17,784 bases of DNA from Candidatus Fraserbacteria bacterium (GCA_037446135.1 JBBIJD010000004.1:1-17784); one strand, 5' to 3'. Counted from the first letter of the stretch, positions 1 through 8,328 are shown. Program-made: numbers and translations. The notes: generated from the letters alone by a model not told the origin.

Positions 1-160
1 GGCTCTCCGGGTTGTGGCACCACCAGCACCTTAGTGGGCAGCCCTTGAAGAAGACAGTGGTCCGGATCCCTGGGCCATCATGGAGGGCGTAGCGCTTGAT
101 GTCGAAGATCACCCCCCTCGCGGCGACCGTGGTCTCGGGTTCACAGATACCATCTCGCAT
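1..160 (-). CDS. Glycyl-radical enzyme activating protein (radical SAM, PflA/PflC-like), N-terminal part only; runs off the window edge
   Basis: Hand translation from ATG at 160 gives [53 protein letters not shown]. It has the [15 protein letters not shown] motif and the CxxxCxxC radical SAM motif typical of GRE activases. Not in the ORF track. Confidence 0.93.
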   Translation of the reverse strand, partial: MRDGICEPETTVAARGVIFDIKRYALHDGPGIRTTVFFKGCPLRCWWCHNPES

Positions 161-171
161 GGCCGGATTTC

Positions 172-200
172 AGTATAGCAATAATTCTTGCACCAGTCAA
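172..200 (-). promoter_or_regulatory. Sigma70-type promoter for the GRE activase gene
   Basis: Minus strand: TTGACT (200-195), 17-bp spacer, TATACT (177-172) with extended -10 TGn. 11 nt from the -10 hexamer to the ATG, with no SD. Confidence 0.8.
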
Positions 201-304
201 GCCCTCTATTGATGGCTAATGACTGATCTTATCTCCAGGCGGAAGGCTCGTCCGCTTGGGCTGGGCCTGCAGCCTCGAGCGCTGCTCTCTCGCTCGTGAG
301 CCAG

Positions 305-1117
305 CTATATCCCGCCGCTTTGCAGGAAACTCTGAAAGTTCTTATACACAGCGCCGATGAGCTCGGCAGTCTCCAGCCCCCGCAGCTCCGCCAGAGCTCG
401 GGCGACCTTCACTACATTCGCGGGCTCATTCCGCTCCCCCGGTTGCAAATAGAGCGGCATATATGGGGCATCAGTCTCAGTCAAAAGCCCATCGAGCGGG
501 ATCTCTCGCGCCACCTCGTGGAGAGTGGTCGCGGCGGGGTAGGTGATCGCCCCGCCGAAGGCGAGGTAGAAGCCCATGTCCAAGAGAGCTCTTGCCGCTT
601 CCCAATCCCCGGAGAAGTTGTGGACGACCCCGCGGACCTGATGAGCCCTCTCCTCCCGCAGGATGGAGATCATGGCGGGATAAGCGCCACGGCAGTGGAG
701 GATCAGCGGGAGCCTGAGCTCGCCTGCCAGTCCGAGCTGTTCACGGAAGGCTCGCTCCTGAAGTCGGCGCAGGGCCACATTGTCATGATAGGTTACCCCG
801 GTGAAGACATTATCGACGAAGTCGAGCCCGACCTCCCCGATGGCCACGGCTGCCCCCTTGCGGGCGAGTTGGCCGACCTCCTCCTGGAAGCCCTCGGGCA
901 GCCCCTCAGCCGCGACCCAGGGGTGGATGCCCACCGCAGCCAGGACCCCTTCCCCCGCTAGTTCTATAGCCTCCCGAGAGGACTGGAGATCCATCCCAGC
1001 AGTAATGATCCAGCGGACTCCTGCCCTCTTGGCCTGCTCCAGGACCGCCAACCGCTCTTCCAGGGGAAAGCGATCTAGATGGGCATGGACATCTATCAGT
1101 CTAGGTTCTGACCGCAT
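305..1117 (-). CDS. TatD-family metal-dependent hydrolase (amidohydrolase superfamily TIM barrel), 270 aa
   Basis: Motifs IDVHAHLD, GIHPW, AIGEVGLD, LILHCR, VVHNFSG, ETDAPY, RNEPANV. Start overlaps the end of the upstream ATPase gene by 17 nt. Confidence 0.92.
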   Translation of the reverse strand: MRSEPRLIDVHAHLDRFPLEERLAVLEQAKRAGVRWIITAGMDLQSSREAIELAGEGVLAAVGIHPWVAAEGLPEGFQEEVGQLARKGAAVAIGEVGLDFVDNVFTGVTYHDNVALRRLQERAFREQLGLAGELRLPLILHCRGAYPAMISILREERAHQVRGVVHNFSGDWEAARALLDMGFYLAFGGAITYPAATTLHEVAREIPLDGLLTETDAPYMPLYLQPGERNEPANVVKVARALAELRGLETAELIGAVYKNFQSFLQSGGI

Positions 1118-2078
1118 CTTTCGTGAAGAGGTGGCATCGGACGAGATGGCCCTCCTCGACCTCGAAGGGTGTTGGATCGACCTTCGAGCAGATCTCCAGC
1201 CTCATCGGGCACCTCAGGTGGAAGCTGCACCCCGGCGGGACATTCACCGGGCTGGGGATCTCGCCCCGGGAGAGGATCTTCGCCGGCTTGAGGGCCTTCT
1301 CCTCTTCCGAGACGACCGGGATCGAGGAGAGAAGCATCTTCGTGTAGGGATGGAATGGGCTCTGGAAGAACTCCACCGTCGGGGCGACCTCGCAGATCTT
1401 CCCCAGATACATGATCGCTACCCTTGAGGCCATGTTCCGCATCAGGCTCAGGTCGTGGGTGATGAAGAGGTAGGTCAAATTCAGCTCCTGCTGGAGCCGC
1501 ATCAGGAGCTTGATGATCTTGGCTTGGACCGAGACATCCAATGCCGAGGTCGGCTCATCGAGGACGACAAAGGATGGGCTCGTGGCTAGGGCCCGAGCAA
1601 TGGCGACCATCTGCTTCTCCCCTCCACCGATCGCTTGGGGATATTTGTAGAGATAGTCCGCGGGCGGGAGCTCTACTATCTCCAGGAGGTTCATGATCCG
1701 CGCGAGCCGCTCCCTTCGGGTCGCCATGTTGTGGACCTTCAGAGGAACACTGAGGATCTGGTAGATGTTCCTCTTGGGGTTCAGCGAAGAGCCCGGGTCT
1801 TGGAAGACGATCCGGATCTCCCGTTTCAGTGACTTCGGCCGCCGCTTGAATTCTTTGCTGATCAGCTCGCCCTTGAAGCGGATCTCCCCCTCCGTCGGGG
1901 GATAGATCCCCACGATGCACTGGGCGACCGTCGTCTTCCCCGAGCCAGATTCGCCCACTAAGCCGAGCGTCTCCCCTCTAGAAACGGAGAAGCTCACCCC
2001 ATCGACGGCCTTCACCGTCCCTCGCTTGGTCGGGAAGTATTTCTTCAATCTATCCACAGTAAGGATGGTCTCGGTCAT
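1101..2078 (-). CDS. Dipeptide/oligopeptide ABC transporter ATP-binding subunit (DppF/OppF-like), ~325 aa
   Basis: Walker A GESGSGKT, Q-loop VFQDP, Walker B VVLDEPT, H-loop ITHDL, C-terminal HPYT and GCSFHLRC..C..C. Start reassigned to ATG 2078 (MTETIL) because of the ATGA overlap with the upstream stop and a GGAGG SD. Confidence 0.93.
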   Translation of the reverse strand: MTETILTVDRLKKYFPTKRGTVKAVDGVSFSVSRGETLGLVGESGSGKTTVAQCIVGIYPPTEGEIRFKGELISKEFKRRPKSLKREIRIVFQDPGSSLNPKRNIYQILSVPLKVHNMATRRERLARIMNLLEIVELPPADYLYKYPQAIGGGEKQMVAIARALATSPSFVVLDEPTSALDVSVQAKIIKLLMRLQQELNLTYLFITHDLSLMRNMASRVAIMYLGKICEVAPTVEFFQSPFHPYTKMLLSSIPVVSEEEKALKPAKILSRGEIPSPVNVPPGCSFHLRCPMRLEICSKVDPTPFEVEEGHLVRCHLFTKDAVRT

Positions 2079-3064
2079 CGCCCTCCACCCCGATATAGGA
2101 AACAAGCCACTCTCCGTCCCTCCCCGACCGTGAAGAGCGGTGGTCGCTCCTCTTGGCACACTGGCAGCCCATGCTCGCAGCGGGGATGGAAGCGGCAGCC
2201 CCGTGGAGGATCGAGATAGTTGGGGATTCGGCCGGGGATCCCCTTGCTGATCCCCTCCCCGGTCAGCTTGGGGACGCTCTTCATCAGCCCCTGGGTATAA
2301 GGATGGAGCGGGCGGGCGAACAGCTCCTCCGTCCGCCCCTCTTCGACGATCATCCCGGCATACATGATGTAGACCCTCTCCGTGAGATCCATGACCACTC
2401 CCAACGAGTGGGTGATCATCAATACGGACATCCCCTTCTCCTCGACCAGCTCATCGAGCTTCCTGAGGATCTGATCTTGGATCGTCACATCGAGGTTGGT
2501 CGTCGGCTCATCGGCCAAAAGGAGCCGGGCCGCCTTGATCAGGGCTTCAGCGATGCAGACCCGCTGCCGCATCCCCCCACTCAACTGGATCGGGTAGTTG
2601 GACATAATCCGCTCCGGGTCAGGCATCCCCGTCTCCTCTAGGGCTTGGACGCACCGAGCGATGATCTCCTTTCGGGTGAGCCGCTGGCCTGCCGCCCCGA
2701 GTGAGTCGAGCACGATGTCCCGGAGCTGGGTCCCCACGGTGAAGACTGGATTGAGGGCCTGCAAGGGGTCCTGGAAGATCGCGGTCAGCTCGGTCCGCCG
2801 GAGCTGGCGGACCTCACGGGCCTTCATCTTGAGGATATCCCTCCCGCGATAGAGGATCTCGCCCCCGTCCAACCTCGCCGGGGGGATGGGCAAGACCCGG
2901 AGGATGGATTTCACTGTCGTGGTCTTTCCACAGCCGGTCTCGCCCACCAGCCCGACCCGCTCGCCCTCGCCGATCGCTAGCTCCACCCCGGCGAGGACCT
3001 TGAGGAGGCCGTCGAAAATCTTGAACCCGACATGGAGGTCCTGAACCTCGAGGAGGGGTGCCAT
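2075..3064 (-). CDS. Dipeptide/oligopeptide ABC transporter ATP-binding subunit (DppD/OppD-like), ~329 aa
   Basis: GETGCGKT, IFQDP, LSGGMRQR, LLADEPT, ITHSL, HPYT, GCRFHPRC..C..C. Start is probably ATG 3064 (MAPLLEV); GTG 3076 overlapping the upstream stop is the alternative. Confidence 0.93.
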   Translation of the reverse strand: MAPLLEVQDLHVGFKIFDGLLKVLAGVELAIGEGERVGLVGETGCGKTTTVKSILRVLPIPPARLDGGEILYRGRDILKMKAREVRQLRRTELTAIFQDPLQALNPVFTVGTQLRDIVLDSLGAAGQRLTRKEIIARCVQALEETGMPDPERIMSNYPIQLSGGMRQRVCIAEALIKAARLLLADEPTTNLDVTIQDQILRKLDELVEEKGMSVLMITHSLGVVMDLTERVYIMYAGMIVEEGRTEELFARPLHPYTQGLMKSVPKLTGEGISKGIPGRIPNYLDPPRGCRFHPRCEHGLPVCQEERPPLFTVGEGRRVACFLYRGGGR

Positions 3065-3072
3065 CTTGGGCC

Positions 3073-3969
3073 TCACACCTCCTCCACGGCAAAGACATCG
3101 CGGAGACCGTCCCCCACGAGGTTGAAGGCGAGAATCACGGCCACGATCGCCAGTGCCGGGAAGATCGTGCTCCACCACTCTGAGGGTAAGCGCTTGGCTC
3201 CATCGGCGAGCATCGTCCCCAGGTCTGGTGTCGGGGGCTGGGCTCCAAGCCCGATGAAGCTGAGCGAGGCTCCCATTAGGATCGCGATCCCCATGTCCAG
3301 GGTCACCTTGGTCATGATCGGGCCGAAGCAGTTGGGGAGGATCTCCTTGAAGAGGATATGCAGCTTGCTCGCGCCGGTCAGCTCGGCCTCACGGACGAAG
3401 AATTGGTTCCGGAGCGAGGCTGTGACGCCGTAGACCAGCCGGCAATACCAGGGCCACCAGGAGAGCGAGATCGCGATCATCGCGTTGATCAAGTTGGGGG
3501 TGAGCATCGCCGCGATAGACATCGCCAATACCAGCGGAGGGACGGCGAGGAAGACATCGGTGATCCTCATGATGAGGACCTCGATCCAGGTGCCGTTATA
3601 GTAGCCGCCGAGCAAACCCAAGATGACCCCCGAAGGGACGGCCAGGCTGAGGACGACTACCCCAAGCAGGAGGGAGAAGCGGTAGCCGAAGATCACCCGG
3701 CTGAAGACATCTCGTCCGACCCGATCAGTCCCAAAGAGATGGGCCTTGCTGGGTGGGAGGCCCGCCTCGCGGAAGTTGGTGTAGGCCCCGGCATGCTCAG
3801 GATAAGGGGCGATGTAGGGAGCCAGGCCGGCCGTGAGGCCGATCAGGATCAGGACGACCAGCCCCAACACAGAGAGGTAGTTCCGCGAATACTTATACCA
3901 ACCCTTCGCCAGCCCCCGGCGCTTCCGCGCCAGCACTGCCCAGAGCCCAATCCTCTGTTCTCCTACCAT
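3073..3969 (-). CDS. Peptide ABC transporter permease (DppC/OppC-like), 298 aa
   Basis: PPSKAHLFGTDRVGRDVFSRV, EAA-like loop FVREAELTGAS, LSFIGLGAQPPTPDLG, AFNLVGDGLRD. Several hydrophobic segments and an SD GAGGAGG. Confidence 0.93.
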   Translation of the reverse strand: MVGEQRIGLWAVLARKRRGLAKGWYKYSRNYLSVLGLVVLILIGLTAGLAPYIAPYPEHAGAYTNFREAGLPPSKAHLFGTDRVGRDVFSRVIFGYRFSLLLGVVVLSLAVPSGVILGLLGGYYNGTWIEVLIMRITDVFLAVPPLVLAMSIAAMLTPNLINAMIAISLSWWPWYCRLVYGVTASLRNQFFVREAELTGASKLHILFKEILPNCFGPIMTKVTLDMGIAILMGASLSFIGLGAQPPTPDLGTMLADGAKRLPSEWWSTIFPALAIVAVILAFNLVGDGLRDVFAVEEV

Positions 3970-3972
3970 TAG

Positions 3973-4992
3973 CTAGCCTCCTCTCCGTTGGATCCGGATC
4001 GATGGGTCTAAGAAGGTGATGATGATGTCCACCACCAGGTTCACCAGGGCGAAAGTCACTCCGATCACCAGGACCACGGCCACGATGGCGTTGAGGTCCT
4101 TGCTCAACATCGCATTGACGGCATAGCGGGCGAAGCCGGGCCAGAAGAAGACCAGCTCGACGAGGAAGGCGTTGGACATGAGGAAGGCGAAGTCCAGCCC
4201 CATCACCGTCACGGTCGGGATGATCGAGGGCTTCAGCAGGTATTTGAAGACGAGCTTCGTCGGCCTGATCCCGTGGACCTCGTGGGCGATGATGTAGTCC
4301 TTCTGGACATTCTCGATCAGTGAAGAGCGGGTGATCCTTCCCTCTTGGGCGATATGGATCACCGCCAGGCTGAAAGCGGGGAGGATAAGGTGTTTCAGCG
4401 CCAGGAGCGCGAGATCGGGCCGCCCGGCGAGCAGGCTGTCGAGGACCATGAAGCCGGTGACGGTCGGCGGGGGCTTCACCATCAAGGGGAGGCGGCCGAC
4501 GCTCGGGGTCAGCTTCAAGAGTTGGCTGAAGATGAAGAGCAGGAGGATCGCCACGACGAAGGAGGGTGTCGCGACCCCAAGATAAGAGGCGAGCCGGGAG
4601 AAGTTGTCAAACCAGGAGTTCCGGAAGTAGCCGGCCAGGACTCCTGTCACCTGGCCGAAGACGAGGGAGATGAGTGTGGCGAAGAGGATCAGCTCGAGCG
4701 TGGCGGGGATATACTGCTTTAGGTCGGTAGTCACGGGCCGCTGGGTATACAAGGATTTCCCCAGATCTCCACGGAGCATCGATTTCAACCAGTAGTAATA
4801 CTGGACAGCAAAGGGCTTGTCCAGATGCATCTCAGCCCGAAGCTTCTGGACCTGCTCTTCGGTGGCGAGGTTGCCCAGTGCAACCCGAGCCGGATCACCG
4901 GGGACGACTCGAGCGATGAAGAAGATCAAGAGCGAGAGCCCGAAGAGGACGAAGATCGACTGTGCGAGCCTTACACCAATGTATTTGATCAT
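3973..4992 (-). CDS. Peptide ABC transporter permease (DppB/OppB-like), ~339 aa
   Basis: VPGDPA, LDKP..VQY, GDLGKSL, PATLEL, HLILPA, VELVFFWPG, LDPSIR. ATG 4992 (MIKYIGVRL) preferred over GTG 5013. Confidence 0.92.
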   Translation of the reverse strand: MIKYIGVRLAQSIFVLFGLSLLIFFIARVVPGDPARVALGNLATEEQVQKLRAEMHLDKPFAVQYYYWLKSMLRGDLGKSLYTQRPVTTDLKQYIPATLELILFATLISLVFGQVTGVLAGYFRNSWFDNFSRLASYLGVATPSFVVAILLLFIFSQLLKLTPSVGRLPLMVKPPPTVTGFMVLDSLLAGRPDLALLALKHLILPAFSLAVIHIAQEGRITRSSLIENVQKDYIIAHEVHGIRPTKLVFKYLLKPSIIPTVTVMGLDFAFLMSNAFLVELVFFWPGFARYAVNAMLSKDLNAIVAVVLVIGVTFALVNLVVDIIITFLDPSIRIQRRGG

Positions 4993-5013
4993 CCTAGCCT
5001 TTGCACGCGACAC

Positions 5014-5055
5014 CGAGGAGGGCGAGAGCCCTCGAAGGCTCTCGCCCTCCCCTCG
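5014..5055 (-). other. Strong intergenic stem-loop between the substrate-binding protein gene and the permease gene
   Basis: Perfect 14-bp inverted repeat GGAGGGCGAGAGCC (5017-5030) / GGCTCTCGCCCTCC (5037-5050) with a 6-nt loop. Extends by 3 bp with a 2-nt bulge. No U-tract follows on either strand. Confidence 0.8.
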
Positions 5056-5064
5056 ATCCGTCAG

Positions 5065-6699
5065 TTAGCACCCGCCGGCCTTCTTCGTCAGGTTGATCCG
5101 CCAATTGTGCATGTTCTCAGAGGGGCCGACCATGTTGATCTTTTCCTTAGGCCCGCTGATGTAGCATTGGGTGGCAAAGGGCGTGGGCTTCTGGTAGGGG
5201 AAGAGGGCCAGGGCGTGCGCAGCGATCATCGGCTGGAGTTGCTTGTAGATCTCGAGCCTCTGGGCGAAATCGACAGTCGCCCGGGTCAGCTCGAGGAGCC
5301 GGATGATCTCCGGGTCCTCAAAGAACCAGTGGGCCTCAAAGATCCAGCCGAGCCCCTTGGGATGATACATGTTGTAGGTATAGTAGTCCAAGGGGGGAGC
5401 GACTTGGGGAGCGAAGAGGAAGATCGTCATGTTCGGCGTAGTCTCTGCGGAGGAACACTCGGCGGAATACTGCGGCCAGGGCGGGCCAGCTACCTCGACC
5501 TTTACCCCCAGCTTGGCCAGGTCAGCCTGCAATTGCAGACCGATCTCCTCCTCGAAGGAGAGGCCGCCACAGTAATGGAAGACGACGGGAGGCACTGGCC
5601 CCGTCGCATACTTGGAGAGTGCTAGCTCTTGGCGGGCCTTCTCCAGGTTCTGCTTCCGCGGCTGGGGCTCGATCGGGACATACCCCGGCATCGTCGGGAG
5701 GATGATCCCAGTCTCGCCATTCCCGAATTCGGCCCAGGGCCCGACCACGGCCTCGTAATCGTAGGCGTAGAGGACCGCCTTCCGGAAGTGCTCATCGTCG
5801 GTTGGCGGGCGCTTGGTGTTCATCCAGACCGTCACATTCTGGGCCCAGACATATTCGAGCCTCAGCCTTGGATCAGCCTTGATATCCCGCAGCTGGGGCA
5901 GGGTCCAACCGCCGTTGATCTCGAGGTCCAGATCCCCGCTCTTGAGTAGCGTCATCAGGGTGGTGTAGTCGGTCTCCATGATGAAGATCAGCCGCTCGAT
6001 CGGGACCTCATTCGGGCCCCAGCCCTCATCGCTCCAGCCCTCGAAGTAGTCCGGGAATCGGACGGCCTCCAACCGCTGGCCGGAGATGTGGCTGACCATC
6101 ATGTAGGGCCCGGTCCCGGCGTCATGCGTGGAGAGCCACTCCTCGCCGTAGTCCCCGAGATCGCCATATTGACCGGGCTTCTTGATGTTTGCCTCCACGA
6201 GGGCCTTCTCCACGGGGAAGAAGAGGGCCAGGGTCTCGGGGAAGATCGCGCTGGGCTTATCGAGGAGGAAATCGACCGTGTATTTGTCGACTACCGTTGC
6301 TGTTACCTTGCCCAGCGGCCCGGAGTTCCCCCGTCCCATGGTGATGAACCTGGTCATGGACCAGGCGACATCCTCGGCCGTCAGCTCGTTCCCAGAATGG
6401 AACTTCACCCCCTGGCGTAGCTTAAACCGCCAGTGGGTGAGATCTCCACCGACCGGCTCCCAGGATGTGGCGAGATGGGGCCGGACCGATCCTTCCGGCG
6501 TGGGATAGACCAAGGGGCTATACAGGTTATACATTGTCTCTGTGTCATACCAGTCTGAAGCCACGGCCGGGTCCGTCCAGATGACCGGATAGGCGTTGAT
6601 GACCGCTACATTCTCCGCAGCCTGCTGAGCTCCCACCAGGCCGCACAACCCGATGGCGAACACCGCCACAACGATCCCCAAAATTCTTGTGACCTTCAC
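5065..6699 (-). CDS. ABC transporter substrate-binding protein, family 5 (DppA/OppA-like), ~544 aa
   Basis: Family-5 signature PHLATSWE..WRFKLRQGVKFHSGNELTAEDVAWS, plus AGTGPY and PPTDDEHFRKAV. Sec-type signal peptide MKVTRILGIVVAVFAIGLCGLVGA. Start reassigned to GTG 6699, downstream of SD AGGAGGTGA. Confidence 0.93.
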   Translation of the reverse strand: MKVTRILGIVVAVFAIGLCGLVGAQQAAENVAVINAYPVIWTDPAVASDWYDTETMYNLYSPLVYPTPEGSVRPHLATSWEPVGGDLTHWRFKLRQGVKFHSGNELTAEDVAWSMTRFITMGRGNSGPLGKVTATVVDKYTVDFLLDKPSAIFPETLALFFPVEKALVEANIKKPGQYGDLGDYGEEWLSTHDAGTGPYMMVSHISGQRLEAVRFPDYFEGWSDEGWGPNEVPIERLIFIMETDYTTLMTLLKSGDLDLEINGGWTLPQLRDIKADPRLRLEYVWAQNVTVWMNTKRPPTDDEHFRKAVLYAYDYEAVVGPWAEFGNGETGIILPTMPGYVPIEPQPRKQNLEKARQELALSKYATGPVPPVVFHYCGGLSFEEEIGLQLQADLAKLGVKVEVAGPPWPQYSAECSSAETTPNMTIFLFAPQVAPPLDYYTYNMYHPKGLGWIFEAHWFFEDPEIIRLLELTRATVDFAQRLEIYKQLQPMIAAHALALFPYQKPTPFATQCYISGPKEKINMVGPSENMHNWRINLTKKAGGC

Positions 6700-6772
6700 C
6701 TCTGTCACCTCCTGAAGCGATTATGGTCTCCCCTTTGACTCTCGAATCCCTGCAGCTCCCACCTCCCTTCTC

Positions 6773-7882
6773 TCATGCTACCACCTGAAGCGCATGCGTG
6801 CAGTTATTCAAGCGCCTTCCCCCTGAATCCATCACCACAATGATGTCCTCGATGCGGACGCCAAACCTCCCCGGCAGATAGATCCCCGGCTCGATGGAGA
6901 AGGTCATCCCCTTCCGAAGGGGCAGGCTATTCCCTGAGGCGATGTAGGGCTCCTCGTGGACCTCCAGGCCGATCCCGTGGCCGGTGCGGTGGATGAATTG
7001 CTCGCCATAACCAGCCTTGGTTATCGTCTCTCTTGCCATGCGATCAATCTCTCCGGCAGGGACGCCCGGCTTGACTGCCTGGATCGCCCTCTCCTGGGCC
7101 TCCTGGACGGCCTCGTAAACCCTCTCGAGCTCTTCCGGAGGATCGCCGCAGACGACCGTGCGGGTGATATCCGAGCAGTAGCCACGGACGCGGCAGCCGA
7201 AGTCGAGGATCACCACATCGCCTGGCTCGATCCGTCGCCCGCCCGCGCGGTAGTGCGGGAGGGCGCTGTTCGGGCCGGAAGCCACGAGCGTCTCGAAGGC
7301 GATCTTCTCCGCTCCCCCGGTCTCCATCGCCTCCTCCAAGGTCCTGGCCAGGGCCAGCTCGGTCAGCCCGCTGATCCGCAGGCCGATCACCTCTTCGAAG
7401 GCCCGATCGACGATGGCGGCCGCTTCCGCCATGTAACGGATTTCTTCTGGTTCCTTTTCCATCCGTAGCTGCGCCATGACCTGAGAGGCCAGGGAGAACT
7501 GGGCCTGCGGGAGGGCCGCCTCGAGCATGAGGAGGAACCTCGCGCCCATCGTATCGTCGACGAGAACGCGGGCCGTGTCCTTACGGACGGGCCGCAGGGC
7601 CCGCTCGAGCACCCCTTCCGGGCCGCTCGCATCCTTCCAGATGGACAGCGCGGCGGAGAGCGGTCCGCCTCTGAGCTGTTCCGCGTAGAGCTCCGGGACG
7701 AGGAAGATGGGGCCGCCCGCGCGGGGGACGAGCAGGAGGAGCAGGCGCTCTCCGGCCTCATCGTAGAAGCCGCTGAGATAGAGCATGTTCGCGCTGGGGG
7801 AGAGGGCCAAGAGATCAGCCCCCAGCTCCGCCATCAGCTCTTGGGCCTTGGCGATCCGCCCCTCGTAAGGGCCTTTGCTCAT
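6773..7882 (-). CDS. M24B Xaa-Pro peptidase/prolidase-family metallopeptidase, ~369 aa
   Basis: Creatinase_N-like N-terminus. Metal-ligand motifs ILDFG, GYCSDITRT, HRTGHGIGLEVHEEP, SIEPGIY and VRIED are all intact. True start is ATG 7882 (MSKGPY), overlapping the upstream stop as ATGA. Confidence 0.92.
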   Translation of the reverse strand: MSKGPYEGRIAKAQELMAELGADLLALSPSANMLYLSGFYDEAGERLLLLLVPRAGGPIFLVPELYAEQLRGGPLSAALSIWKDASGPEGVLERALRPVRKDTARVLVDDTMGARFLLMLEAALPQAQFSLASQVMAQLRMEKEPEEIRYMAEAAAIVDRAFEEVIGLRISGLTELALARTLEEAMETGGAEKIAFETLVASGPNSALPHYRAGGRRIEPGDVVILDFGCRVRGYCSDITRTVVCGDPPEELERVYEAVQEAQERAIQAVKPGVPAGEIDRMARETITKAGYGEQFIHRTGHGIGLEVHEEPYIASGNSLPLRKGMTFSIEPGIYLPGRFGVRIEDIIVVMDSGGRRLNNCTHALQVVA

Positions 7883-8328
7883 TCCCTCTCCAGTAGCGTG
7901 ACTGTCACGCGCTCGATCCCTCTCTGCCAGACCCGGAGCCCGATCTCCTCGATCTTCTTCCATTGGGCTTGCGGGACCCGCGCAAAGACATTGACTGGGA
8001 GATAGCCCCGGTGATCTCGGACTACCTCGGCGCCATAGTAGATCGAGACCGCTTCCGCGGCCTCGCCATCCTCTTTCTCCCACTCCTTCCAGTAGATCAC
8101 ATCCCCGGTATTGGTCTGGACCGTCTGGTTCTCCCGGGGAATCTTCTGACCTCCCTTCACTGGAAGGTAGATCTCCCGCCCGCACCAGCGGGTGTGATAG
8201 ACCGTCGCCTCCAAGGGGAGCATCTCCAGGAAAGCCCTGACGGTCTCAGGAGCGACCTCCGGGAGGAGCTCAGCGACCAACTCGCCCCCGCGCTCGAACT
8301 TGAAGAGGACCTTACCGGGCATCTTCAC
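7879..8328 (-). CDS. DUF3830-like protein (cyclophilin-like fold), ~147-149 aa
   Basis: AELLPEVAPETVRAF..LP, HTRWCGREIY, ENQT....GDVIYW and VSIYYG resemble the DUF3830 pattern by eye. Overlaps both neighbours. Start is GTG 8328 or ATG 8322. Confidence 0.72.
   Translation of the reverse strand: MKMPGKVLFKFERGGELVAELLPEVAPETVRAFLEMLPLEATVYHTRWCGREIYLPVKGGQKIPRENQTVQTNTGDVIYWKEWEKEDGEAAEAVSIYYGAEVVRDHRGYLPVNVFARVPQAQWKKIEEIGLRVWQRGIERVTVTLLERE

Noticed and set aside
235..259. Imperfect inverted repeat downstream of tatD as a terminator
   Set aside because: It has a mismatch in the mRNA-sense stem and no U-tract, so it cannot be supported as an intrinsic terminator.
296..6508. Plus-strand ORFs opposite tatD and the ABC genes (e.g. 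296-961, 801-1427, 3358-3972, 4825-5625)
   Set aside because: They lie almost entirely opposite well-supported minus-strand genes, with no family motifs and composition typical of shadow frames.
6630..6699. Lipoprotein signal in the binding protein (IGLC)
   Set aside because: It does not match the L-[AS]-[GA]-C lipobox. A signal peptidase I site at VGA|QQ fits better.
6709..6772. Orphan SD (AAGGGAGGTG) and a CATAAT -10-like hexamer between the peptidase and binding-protein genes
   Set aside because: No standard start codon at suitable spacing after the SD and no -35 for the hexamer. An internal promoter or small ORF is not supportable.
7883..8185. 101-aa N-terminal extension of the M24 peptidase in the ORF track
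   Set aside because: It overlaps the DUF3830-like gene in another frame and looks non-protein-like. The ATGA-coupled start at 7882 is far more plausible. Similar over-extensions were rejected for the two ATPases.
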